64,000 nt of DNA from an uncultured Chloroflexia bacterium (lineage in GTDB: Bacteria > Chloroflexota > Limnocylindria > Limnocylindrales > CSP1-4). Under the pieces are notes generated by a model. It saw only the letters and a list, made by a program, of their open reading frames with translations. It did no database searches and had not been told where the DNA came from. The position numbers and the translations under genes were made by a program. The stretch lies in the NCBI GenBank assembly GCA_963825995.1, contig CAWGVH010000006.1:584474-648473 (forward strand). Reading direction: 5' to 3'. Below are positions 35,189 through 44,512 of the stretch, in pieces; position 1 is the stretch's first letter, and every line of letters begins with the position of its first letter.

Positions 35189-36383
35189 TCAGCCTCCCGC
35201 GGCCGTGCGGGCGGGAGCGCCGGCAGACAGCTCGGCCCCTGCCCGTCCGGCAGCCGTCGGCCGCGACGTCTCGCGTGACCGGCACGCCGGCCGCTGTGGC
35301 TCCCGCTTCGAGGACCTCGATGGCATGGACGATGTCATCGACGCCGACGTGGCCGAGGTGCCCGATCCGGAAGACCTTGCCCTTCAGCTTGCCCTGGCCG
35401 CCAGCCAGGACGAGGCCGCGGGCCTGCAGCTCCTTGCTCACGGCTGACCATTCGACACCCTCAGGGACGTGGGCGGAGGTGACGCTATCGGAGGCGTAGG
35501 CCTGGTCAGCGAAGAGCTCGAAGCCGAGGGCCTGCAGGCCGGCTCGCGAGGCCGCGCCGCAGGCCACATGGCGGGCGAAGATGGCCTCCATGCCCTCCGC
35601 CTCCATGAGGGCCAGAGCTGCCTCGAGCTGGAAGACCAGGCCGACGGCCGGCGTCCAGGGGGTCTGACCCTTGGGCAGCACCTCCCGATGGCGTGCCAGG
35701 TCGAAGTAGAAGCGGGGCATGGTGGCGGTCGCTGCGGCGGCCCAGGCCCGTTCGGAGGCAGCCGCCATGGCCAGGCCGGGCGGGATCATCCAGGCCTTCT
35801 GCGAGCCGGTCACGACGACGTCGATGTCCCAGGCGTCCATCTGGAAGGGCATGGCCCCGATGCCGCTGACGCCGTCGACGAGGATGAGCGTCTCCGGTGC
35901 CGCCTCGCGGATGGCGCCGGCCAGCTGCGCGATGGGGTTGGTGACACCGGTGGAGGTCTCGTTGAAGGTGACCAGCACGGCCCTGGGGCTGCGGCCCTCG
36001 CCGGCCATGGCGCGAATCGCTTCGCGGACGGAGTCCGGATCGGCCGCCTGGCCCCATTCGACCTCGAGGAGCGTCACGTCCGCTCCGTAGATGTCCGCGA
36101 TCCTGGCGAAGCGCTCGCCGAAGTTGCCGATGCTGACGGCCAGCACAGGGTCGCCAGGCGAGAGGAAGCTGACGACCGCCGACTCGAGCCCACCCGTGCC
36201 CGAGGAGGTCAAGATCAGGACGTCGCTCTTGGTGCCGAACCAGGGGCGCATGCCGGCGCTGGCGCGCACGAGGAGCTCCTGGAACTCCGGGCCGCGGTGA
36301 TTGATCATCTGCAGCTGGCCAGCCTCGCGGACGGCGTCGGGCAGCGGCGTAGGGCCGGGGATGCGCAGGTTCTGGGACGGCAC
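35189..36383 (-). CDS. Class V PLP aminotransferase (serine-pyruvate/phosphoserine aminotransferase type), probable frameshift near 35258
   Basis: LRIPGPT, SGTGGLE, NETSTGV, VDGVS, GSQKAW (PLP Lys), FRIGHLG; corrected stop falls 2 nt before the serA start. Confidence 0.88.
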
Positions 36384-36488
36384 GGGGTCTCCTTGAAGGA
36401 TGGCGGGCGTGGGCTCGCCGCGCTGTCAGCGGATCACGGTAGCTAGATGGTAGTCGTGACGCGCATGGCCCGCACTAGACTCTGCGGG

Positions 36489-37881
36489 ATGGACAGCAGC
36501 GACCGGGCAGCACGCGGCGGCGCCCGCCCTGAGACACTGCCGCTCCGGGGTGAGGCCGTCCACACGCCCCTGGCCGCCCGCATGCGGCCACGGGACCTCG
36601 CCGAGTTCGTGGGCCAGGAACCGCTGGTCGGCGAGCGCGGGGCACTGCGTCGCATGGTCGAACGAGGCCGGCTCGCGTCCATGGTGCTGTGGGGACCACC
36701 AGGGGTGGGCAAGACGACGCTGGCCCGATTGCTGGCGGAGGCCGTCCGCACGCGCTTCGACGTGCTCTCGGCGACCTCCAGCGGCGTCAAGGAGGTCCGC
36801 GCCGCGGTCGCCCAGGCGCGCGACTGGCTGGACCGGGGCGGCGACTCCACGGTCCTCTTCATCGATGAGATCCACCGCTTCAACAAGGGTCAGCAGGACG
36901 CCCTGCTGCCCCACGTCGAGGAGGGGGTCGTGACGCTCATCGGGGCTACCACGGAGAACCCCTACTTCGAGGTCAATTCGGCGCTCCTGTCGCGGCTGCG
37001 CGTCTTCCGCCTGGAGCCGCTCACCGATGCGGACGTGGCCACCATCATCGATCGTGCGCTGACCGATCCACGCGGCTACAGCGGCCATGCGACGCTGGCT
37101 GGGCCTGCCCTGGAGCACCTCGTGGCCATCAGTGCCGGCGACGCGAGGGCTGCCCTCAACATCCTCGAATCGGCAGCCTCCATGGCCGGTGCCGACGACG
37201 GCGAGGGCGACGGCGAGGCTGCCGTGCTCGTGTCTCCCAGCCTGGATGACATCGAGACCGCCGCTCAGCAGCGCGTGCTCGCCTACGACCGTGCCGGTGA
37301 CGGTCACTACGGCACCGTCTCCGCATTCGTGAAGGTGGTGCGCGGCAACGACCCCGATGCGGCGCTCTACTGGCTGGCGACCATGGTCGCGGCAGGGGAG
37401 GACCCCAAGTTCATCGCTCGTCGCCTCATCATCCTGGCCAGCGAGGACGTCGGCAATGCCGATCCTCGAGGACTGCAGGTGGCAGTCGCGGCCGCCCAGG
37501 CGCTCGACTGGGTCGGGATGCCGGAGGCCCAGTACGCCCTCGCGCAAGCCACGGTCTACCTGGCCACTGCACCCAAGTCGAACCGGTCTGGCGAGGGCTA
37601 CTGGAAGGCGATGGCGGACGTCCGCCAGCACGGCTCGCAGCCGGTGCCCAAGCACCTCCTCAATGCGCCTCATCCACGGATGCGCTCCCATGGCATCGGC
37701 GTCGGCTACAAGCTGCCCGCACGACTACGAAGGCGCAGACGTCGAGCAGCAGCACCTGCCGGACGCCCTGATGGGGCGGCGCTACTACGAGCCCTCCGAC
37801 CAGGGGTGGGAGGCGCGCATCGGGGAGCGCATGAACGCCCTACTGGAGGCGCGGAAGCAGGGAAGCCGGAGGCGACGCTAG
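36489..37881 (+). CDS. rarA: Replication-associated recombination protein A, frameshift near 37717
   Basis: PLAARMRP, WGPPGVGKTT, FIDEIHRFNK, ASEDVGNADP; the PHDY...YYEP tail continues in the adjacent frame. Confidence 0.93.
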
Positions 37882-37984
37882 CCGGAGGTGGGCAGCGCGC
37901 CACACTGACCCGCTACCGTCCACTTCGCTGTCGCTTGCGGTGGGACACCGCTATGCTCGGTGGCATGAGGGGAGTGGCGGAACG

Positions 37985-38266
37985 ATGCGGATGACGGACC
38001 TGCGGACGGGCTGGACGGTGCTCGGCAACGACGGCCGGCGCCTCGGTTCCATCAAGGCAGTCGGGCAGAACTACATCCTGACCTCGCGGCCCGGCTTCGC
38101 CGCCGATCTGTACGTCCCCGTCTCGTTCATCGCCAACGTGACCAGCGGCGCCGTCCATCTCAACGTCACAGCGCGAGACGCCGAGCAGATGGGGTGGGAG
38201 CAGCAACCCAGGGACGAGGAGGAGTTCGAGGCTGGCTCCGACACCGACCTCCAGCGGCACATCTGA
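37985..38266 (+). CDS. Small DUF2171/PRC-barrel-like protein
   Basis: GWTVLGNDGRRLGSI...DLYVPVSFIANV...VHLNVT. Confidence 0.7.
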   Translation: MRMTDLRTGWTVLGNDGRRLGSIKAVGQNYILTSRPGFAADLYVPVSFIANVTSGAVHLNVTARDAEQMGWEQQPRDEEEFEAGSDTDLQRHI

Positions 38267-38349
38267 TGGACCCACGTCAGAAGCAACTCACGGCCGGACC
38301 GTCGAGCCCGTAGACTTCGCGGTCAGGACACACAGGAGGACTAGCCCAC

Positions 38350-38616
38350 GTGATCGTACTCGCCTTCATCGTCATCGCCCTGGTGGCCGGCTACATCGCC
38401 AACTTCCTGGTCGGCAAGGGCAAGGGCTTCCAGACGTGGGAGTTGTTCGTAGCCGGCATCATCGGCTCGTTCGTCGGCGGGACACTGCTGAGTCTCGTCT
38501 TCGAGGGCGACTTCGACATCTCCGTCAGCGGTCTCATCGGATCGGTCATCGGCGCCATCGTCGTCCTGGCCGTGTGGGGCTGGCTGCGCACCGGTCCGCT
38601 CAAGGGCAAGATCTAA
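38350..38616 (+). CDS. GlsB/YeaQ/YmgE (transglycosylase-associated) membrane protein
   Basis: GIIGSFVGG and LIGSVIGAIVVL motifs; AGGAGG RBS. Confidence 0.9.
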   Translation: MIVLAFIVIALVAGYIANFLVGKGKGFQTWELFVAGIIGSFVGGTLLSLVFEGDFDISVSGLIGSVIGAIVVLAVWGWLRTGPLKGKI

Positions 38617-38636
38617 CCCAACCGTCCGGGGTCGGA

Positions 38637-38682
38637 GGCTGCAGGCAGGCCAGCACCTGGGCTGCGGGCAGGCCAGCACCTG
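38637..38682. repeat. 23-bp tandem duplication between convergent genes
   Basis: GGCTGC(A/G)GGCAGGCCAGCACCTG twice. Confidence 0.8.
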
Positions 38683-38727
38683 CCTCGACCGCCGCGGCGA
38701 AGGCCCGCGGCGCTCCCGGCCGCCCGG

Positions 38728-39120
38728 CTAGTAGAGGCCGAGCAGGTCCAGCATGACGATCAGGACCCAGGCCACAGCGAGCCCGGCCACCAGGATGGCT
38801 GACACGACGGCGATGCGGCGCAGGTCCTCACGGACATAGATGTTCTCGGCGGCGACACGCGCCTGCAGGCTGTCCGACTTGACCGTGACGCGCTTGCGGG
38901 CGCGACCTGGCGCCGGGGTCGGCGCGACGGGATCCTCGATGGTGACCTCCGTCGTCTCGAGGATGACGGAGTCGATGGCCTGATCGATGTCGGCATCCCA
39001 GGCGGCGTTCGCCGACGTCGACGAGGCGGTCGTGGTCGTGGCGGGCGGCTTCTGCTGGCGTACCGGGACTTGACCGCCGGGCCGATGGGTGGAATGGCTG
39101 CCACGAACCCGCTTGGCCAC
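38728..39120 (-). CDS. Hypothetical protein with C-terminal membrane anchor
   Basis: AAGGAGAG RBS; YVREDLRRIAVVSAILV TM tail. Confidence 0.7.
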   Translation of the reverse strand: MAKRVRGSHSTHRPGGQVPVRQQKPPATTTTASSTSANAAWDADIDQAIDSVILETTEVTIEDPVAPTPAPGRARKRVTVKSDSLQARVAAENIYVREDLRRIAVVSAILVAGLAVAWVLIVMLDLLGLY

Positions 39121-39215
39121 GCGCTGCTCTCCTTGGATACGGTCTGACGGTCGCGCCGAAGGATAGCACCGCGCTGGGTCGCGTCGCCCCGCAGCCCGCT
39201 GCTACAGTCTGGGGC

Positions 39216-39725
39216 ATGGAGGGAGCGACCGGCATCCTGATCGCGTTGGTCGCCGTGGCGGCCCTGGTGCTGGCCGCGACCGCCGTCGTGCTGCACGTGC
39301 GACAGGCCGGGCGAACGTCCGACTGGCCATCACCGGGCGCCAGGACTGCCGAGTTGGAGCGGCGGCTCCTCCAGTTCGGCCAGCGCCTCGAGGTCGTGGA
39401 GGGGGATGTCGACGCCCAGCGCGACAGGGCGGGCGGCACACTCCCGGTGGCCAGCACGCTGCGGACGGCTGGCGTGGCCATCTCGCACCTTGGTCTCGTT
39501 CGCTTCGATGCCTTCGAGGATGCCGGTGGTGCCCAGTCCTTCGCGTTGGCGCTCATCGATGACGACGGCGACGGCATCGTCCTGACGAGCCTGCACTCCC
39601 GGCAGGCTACGCGCCTCTACATCAAGGGCGTCCGCCGCGGAATCGCCGATTCGCCGCTCTCCGGCGAGGAGGTGCGTGCCATGCAGGACGCCGGGATCAC
39701 GCCTGGAGTTGCCCCGGTTTCGTAG
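39216..39725 (+). CDS. DUF4446 family protein (C-terminus supplied by the IS end)
   Basis: N-terminal TM; GLVRFDAFEDAGGAQSFALAL...GIVLTSLHSR...LSGEE. Confidence 0.85.
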   Translation: MEGATGILIALVAVAALVLAATAVVLHVRQAGRTSDWPSPGARTAELERRLLQFGQRLEVVEGDVDAQRDRAGGTLPVASTLRTAGVAISHLGLVRFDAFEDAGGAQSFALALIDDDGDGIVLTSLHSRQATRLYIKGVRRGIADSPLSGEEVRAMQDAGITPGVAPVS

Positions 39726-39736
39726 ACGGTGATGCG

Positions 39737-40621
39737 TCATCCGGCCTTGACGGCCGGACTCGAACGATAGCGCTCCTCGAACCGCTCGGGACTGAGGTTC
39801 CCGAGGCTGCTGTGGCGACGGATGCGGTCGTAGAAGACCTCGATGTACTCGAAGACCGCGGCCTTGGCCTCCGACATGGTCGCCCAGTCGGAGCGGTCGA
39901 TGAGCTCGGTCTCCAGGGTGGCGAAGAAGCTCTCGGCCATGGCGTTGTCGAAACAGTCGCCGACCGAGCCCATGGATGCTGCGATCCCGGACTCGCGCAG
40001 GCGCTGGCCGAAGGCGAGGCTCGTGTACTGGGTGCCGTGGTCGCTGTGGTGGATGGGATCGCTGCCCGGTCGACGGTGGACGATGGCCGCGTCGAGCGCC
40101 GCGCTGACGAGCTCGGTCCGCATGTGGGTCGCCATCGACCAGCCGACGACCCGGCGGCTGAAGGCGTCGGTGATCGCGGCGAGGTAGCAGGAGCCGCTCC
40201 TCGTCGGCAGCTCGGTGATGTCGGCGACCCAGAGCCGGTCGGGACCCGGAGTCGTGAAGTCGCGGTCGACGAGGTCGGGGAAGGGCGCCGCGGCCTCGTC
40301 GCGGATCGTCGTGCGCACGAAGCGGCGGCGATGGACGCCCGCGAGATGCTCGGCCCGCATGAGCCGGGCGACCCGCTTGCGCGAGACCCGGTGGCCGGCC
40401 TCGGCGAGGTCGGCGTGGATCCTGGGCACGCCGTACGTGCCCCGGCTGCGGGCGTGGGAGCGCCGGATCTCCGCAGCCAGGGCGGCATCGGAGAGGGCGC
40501 GGGCGGAGGGACCCCGTGAGCGCCAGGCGTAGTAGCCGCTCGGGGAGACGCCGAGGGCCGAGCAGAGGATGCGCACCGGGTAGCTCGCCTTCTCCTGCTC
40601 GACGAAGCGGAACCGGGTCAC
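39737..40621 (-). CDS. IS3-family transposase OrfB (DDE integrase core)
   Basis: WVADITE, HHSDHGTQYTS, CFDNAMAESFFATLE, FYDRIRRHSSLG. Confidence 0.95.
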   Translation of the reverse strand: MTRFRFVEQEKASYPVRILCSALGVSPSGYYAWRSRGPSARALSDAALAAEIRRSHARSRGTYGVPRIHADLAEAGHRVSRKRVARLMRAEHLAGVHRRRFVRTTIRDEAAAPFPDLVDRDFTTPGPDRLWVADITELPTRSGSCYLAAITDAFSRRVVGWSMATHMRTELVSAALDAAIVHRRPGSDPIHHSDHGTQYTSLAFGQRLRESGIAASMGSVGDCFDNAMAESFFATLETELIDRSDWATMSEAKAAVFEYIEVFYDRIRRHSSLGNLSPERFEERYRSSPAVKAG

Positions 40622-40911
40622 CGGGTCCGCTCGGTCTCCGAAGCGAAGAAGGCGGCTGCTTTTCGGAGGATCTCGCGCTCGGTCTCGAGGACCTTCACGC
40701 GGCGACGGAGCTCGGTGAGCTCGGCCCGCTCGTCAGCGTCGAGCGGCGTTCCCGCCGGGCGCTCTCGCGCCAGGCGCATCCACCTCGCGAGGCTCTCGTT
40801 GCTGATGCCCAGGTCCATGGCCACTTGGCGGATCGACTGCCCGGACGTCTCGGCGAGGCGGACCGCCTCGGCGCGGAACTCGGTGCTGTAGTGGGTGTGC
40901 TTCCTCCCCAT
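40618..40911 (-). CDS. IS3-family transposase OrfA (HTH)
   Basis: YSTEFRAEAVRL...VAMDLGIS...EREILRKAAAFF; GTGA overlap with orfB. Confidence 0.95.
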   Translation of the reverse strand: MGRKHTHYSTEFRAEAVRLAETSGQSIRQVAMDLGISNESLARWMRLARERPAGTPLDADERAELTELRRRVKVLETEREILRKAAAFFASETERTR

Positions 40912-41025
40912 CTCGACTCCTTCCCGCGGACGTTGCCGCGATGGTAGGTGTCCACGAAAGCCGGGGTAGGTCCACCGAGCGGTGTGACAGTCGAGCTGTC
41001 ACGGTCATCCGCGAGGGTGGCCTTG

Positions 41026-44000
41026 ATGACAGCCATCCACACACCCCGGAACCTGACCGACCCCACCGGACCCCATGTCGAACCTGCCCATCGGGCACCC
41101 GTCTCTATCGAGGGCATCCGAGCCCTCCTGACCGGCCTTGATCGCCGGCAGCGCCTGGCCGTCACGCATGGTGAAGGGCCGCTGCTCGTCATCGCCGGCC
41201 CGGGCACCGGCAAGACGGAGGTCATCACGCGACGCGTGGCCTGGCTCATCGCCAGCCGGCGTGCGCGCCCCTCCCAGATCCTGGCCCTCACGTTCACGGA
41301 GCGGGCCGCGGATGAGATGCAGGCGCGCGTGGACCTGCTGGTGCCGTACGGCCAGGCAGACACGGCCATCCACACCTTCCATGCCTTCGGCGATTGGCTG
41401 CTCAGGGAGCATGGCCACGCTATCGGCCGCCCCATGGACCCCCGGGTCGTCGGGCGCGCGGAGGCCATGGTCCTGCTGCGCGAGCGGATCTTCGACCTGG
41501 GCCTGCAGCGATACCGCCCGCTCGGCGATCCAACGCGCTTCGCGGGAGCGCTCGTCGACCTCTTCGCCCGGGCCAAGGAGGAGGGCCTCGGACCGGATGA
41601 CCTGGCGGCCTATGCAGCTGAGCTGGAGGCGGGCGCCAGGGCCGTGGCTCCGGCAATGGATGAACAGGCCGCACAGGAGGTCGTAGCCGGCCTCCTCGAC
41701 GAGGCTGCCTCGCAGGCGGAGCTCGCCTGCGCCTACCGGGGGTACCAGCAGATCCTCGTGGATCGCTCGCTCGTGGATCACGGCGACCAGGTGGCTGAGG
41801 CCGTGCGCCTGCTTGAGGAGCGCCCGGAAGTGCGCCTGGCGTTGCGACAGCGGTTCCGCTTCATCGTCGTCGATGAGGCCCAGGACGCCAACCCGCAGCA
41901 GCTGGCGCTGGTCCGCCTGATGGTCGGTGGGATCGGTAACGTCACCTTCGTTGGTGATGATGACCAAGCCATCTACGCCTTCCGAGGTGCGGTGGGGCAA
42001 GCGTTTGCCGGCCTTGGCGAGGCATATCCCACGCTGCGGGATGTCGTGCTCCGGCGCAACTACCGTTCCCGCAAGCCCATCCTCGAGGCCGCCCGGCAGC
42101 TCATCCGCCATAACGACCCGGACCGCCTGGAGGTCCAGCGCGGCGTGGACAAGACGCTGACCGCCGTTCGGCGCGCGAGGCGGCCCGCCTCGGTCCGGCA
42201 CCACGGCTACGCCACTGCCAGCGAGGAAGCGGATGCCGTCGCCGCAGAGATCGAGCAACTGATGCGCAAAGGGCGGCGCCCGGGTTCGGTGGCTGTCCTC
42301 GTCCGCACCAACGCTGACGCGGAGCCGGTGCTTGCCAGCCTGGATGTGCGCGGCATCCCGCGCCGCTTCTCGGGTGCGTCGGGCCTGTTCACCTACCGGG
42401 AGGTGCGCGACGTGCTCAGTCTCCTGCGGGTCATCGCCTCACCAGCGTCATCGGAGGACCTCTACGCGGTCCTCACCGCGGAGCCTTATGGTCTCGGTGG
42501 AGAGGATCTGTCCGCGATCTGCGATCTGGCCAGTCGTCGCCGGCGCAGTCTCTGGTCGGTCGTCACCGAGCTGCTCGAGCAGCCCGGCCTGTTGCGTCTC
42601 ACTCCTGACACGCGGGCCCGCCTGCAGCGCTGCGTCGAGCAGCTGCGGGCCTCGCTGGATGGCGCGCACGAACGCTCTGCCCCGGCCGTGCTGTATGAGC
42701 ACCTGCGCGAGAGCGGCTGGCTGCGCTCGCTGGTGGCGCAGGCAGAGAGCGGCGACGATGGCCCGTTGCGCCGGGTGGCAAGGCTCTTCGAGGTCGTCAA
42801 GGCGCAGTCGGACCTGCTGGACGACCCACGACTGCCACTGCTCGTGCCCACCCTCCAGGCCCTCATCGATGCTGGGCAGGACCCCCCCGTGCCGGAGACG
42901 GAGGAAGGGACGGATGCCGTGTCGGTGCTCACCGTGCACCAAGCCAAGGGACTCGAGTTCGCCACGGTCTTCGTCATCGGCATGGCTGAGGGTCGCTTCC
43001 CGCTCCAGTCTCGTCGGGATGCCCTCACCCTTCCCGCGGCACTCACGGGTCGCACGGCCTCGGATGACCCGGAAACGCAGCGCGCGGAGGAACGCCGGCT
43101 GTTCTACGTGGCTGTGACGCGCGCGCGGGATGAGCTCATCCTCAGCCATGCCATCCGCAGTGCTCGCGGTGGGCGGCAGCGTCGGCCTTCCGGTTTCCTG
43201 GCCGAAGCGCTCGGCCGGCCCGTGGAGGCGTCCCTCGCCGCCGATGAAGAGAGCCACCTGGCTGCACCCGCCGAGCAGCGCGCCGCGCCATCCACGCTTG
43301 CCACGTCGCGTTCGCCCGGATCTCCGCTGACCCTGAGCTTCACCCAGATCGACGACTATCTCTCGTGCCCGCAGAAGTACTACCTTCGGCACCTCGTGCG
43401 CGTCCCCACCCCGGCTCACCACGCACTGGTCTTCGGCAACGCCATGCACCAGGCCGTCGCCGTGGCCAACGCGGCCATGATGCGCGGCACGGGGCTGGAC
43501 GAGACTGCCATGCAGGCCACACTCGAGAGCCATTGGAGCAGCGAGGGCTTCCTCTCCGTCGAGCACGAGTCAGCGCGTTTCGCGGCTGGCAGGGCCGCTC
43601 TGAGTCGCTTCGTCGAGCGTGCCAAGTCCCATCCCGGCGAGCGGGTCCAGGCGGTGGAGCAGCCATTCACCGTTCGCCTCGGAGACGCCCGGGTTCGCGG
43701 TCGCTATGACGCGGTGCGCGACATCGAGGGCGCCACGGTCATCACCGACTACAAGTCCGGTGACGTCCGCGACCCGGCACGCGCTCGTGAGCGCGCGCGA
43801 GATGCGCTGCAGCTCCAGGTCTACGCGCTGGCTTGGGAGGCTGAGCACGGCTCGCGACCGGATGCGGTGGAGCTGCACTTCCTGGAAGGGGACATGGTCG
43901 GCCGGGTGACGCCGACGGAACGGCAGCTGCAACGCGCCAGCCGGAAGGTGGCGACGGCGGCGGCGGGCATCCGTGCCGCGGACTTCGAAGCCACGCCCGG

Positions 44001-44055
44001 CTTCCCTGCCTGCGACTGGTGCCCGTACCGGCGCATCTGCCCAGCCGCACCTTGA
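41026..44055 (+). CDS. UvrD/PcrA-type SF1 helicase fused to a PD-(D/E)XK nuclease with four Cys
   Basis: AGPGTGKT, LTFT, VDEAQD, VGDDDQAIYAFRGA, NYRS, TVHQAKGLEF, YVAVTRARD; nuclease GRYD, DYKSG, QLQVY; SCP...CDWCPYRRIC. Confidence 0.92.
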   Translation: MTAIHTPRNLTDPTGPHVEPAHRAPVSIEGIRALLTGLDRRQRLAVTHGEGPLLVIAGPGTGKTEVITRRVAWLIASRRARPSQILALTFTERAADEMQARVDLLVPYGQADTAIHTFHAFGDWLLREHGHAIGRPMDPRVVGRAEAMVLLRERIFDLGLQRYRPLGDPTRFAGALVDLFARAKEEGLGPDDLAAYAAELEAGARAVAPAMDEQAAQEVVAGLLDEAASQAELACAYRGYQQILVDRSLVDHGDQVAEAVRLLEERPEVRLALRQRFRFIVVDEAQDANPQQLALVRLMVGGIGNVTFVGDDDQAIYAFRGAVGQAFAGLGEAYPTLRDVVLRRNYRSRKPILEAARQLIRHNDPDRLEVQRGVDKTLTAVRRARRPASVRHHGYATASEEADAVAAEIEQLMRKGRRPGSVAVLVRTNADAEPVLASLDVRGIPRRFSGASGLFTYREVRDVLSLLRVIASPASSEDLYAVLTAEPYGLGGEDLSAICDLASRRRRSLWSVVTELLEQPGLLRLTPDTRARLQRCVEQLRASLDGAHERSAPAVLYEHLRESGWLRSLVAQAESGDDGPLRRVARLFEVVKAQSDLLDDPRLPLLVPTLQALIDAGQDPPVPETEEGTDAVSVLTVHQAKGLEFATVFVIGMAEGRFPLQSRRDALTLPAALTGRTASDDPETQRAEERRLFYVAVTRARDELILSHAIRSARGGRQRRPSGFLAEALGRPVEASLAADEESHLAAPAEQRAAPSTLATSRSPGSPLTLSFTQIDDYLSCPQKYYLRHLVRVPTPAHHALVFGNAMHQAVAVANAAMMRGTGLDETAMQATLESHWSSEGFLSVEHESARFAAGRAALSRFVERAKSHPGERVQAVEQPFTVRLGDARVRGRYDAVRDIEGATVITDYKSGDVRDPARARERARDALQLQVYALAWEAEHGSRPDAVELHFLEGDMVGRVTPTERQLQRASRKVATAAAGIRAADFEATPGFPACDWCPYRRICPAAP

Positions 44056-44058
44056 GCG

Positions 44059-44436
44059 GTGGGGTCTACACTCCGGCCGGTGTCTGCCCGCGATCGAAGC
44101 ATCACCCTCGTCCTCGGGGTGGCCGCGCTCGTCGCTTGGCTCGGCGTGGTCATCATCTTCCTGTCGGTGTCCCCCGTCGGCGATGCCGGTGCCCAGCTGC
44201 TGGGCGCCATCAGCCTCGGCACCGCCGTGGCGCTGACCGCCTGGCCGTTGCTCTGGTCTCTGCGCCGCGGGGCCCCGGGCTCGCTGGTCACGGCTGGTCG
44301 GCGGGCCGGTCTGTCGGGACTCATCGTCAGCATCCTGGTCGTCCTCCGGGTCCTGGATGCGGTCTCGTTGCCGGTGGTGCTCTTCCTCGTGGTCGGCGCG
44401 GTCCTGGTCGAGGTCGCGTTCACGCTTCGGCGTTGA
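44059..44436 (+). CDS. Small four-TM membrane protein
   Basis: Hydrophobic ORF starting 3 nt after the helicase stop. Confidence 0.7.
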   Translation: MGSTLRPVSARDRSITLVLGVAALVAWLGVVIIFLSVSPVGDAGAQLLGAISLGTAVALTAWPLLWSLRRGAPGSLVTAGRRAGLSGLIVSILVVLRVLDAVSLPVVLFLVVGAVLVEVAFTLRR

Positions 44437-44512
44437 CACGCCTGGAACGTCATGGGCTCGGGCCCCCGGGCTGGCCTGCGCCACTGAACGCGGTCACAAT
44501 AGGCACGCGACC

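Larger units (their letters stand above)
39704..40974 (-). mobile_element. IS3-family insertion sequence, 1271 bp
   Basis: Imperfect terminal IRs TGGAGTTGCCCCGGTTTCGTAGAC and (reverse complement) TGGACCTACCCCGGCTTTCGTGGAC with TG...CA ends; orfA plus orfB. Confidence 0.93.

Noticed and set aside
34545-36383. 612-aa ORF suggesting an aminotransferase-SerA fusion
   Set aside because: Explained by two single-base insertions; correcting them gives a stop at 35189-35191 and a separate serA start at 35186
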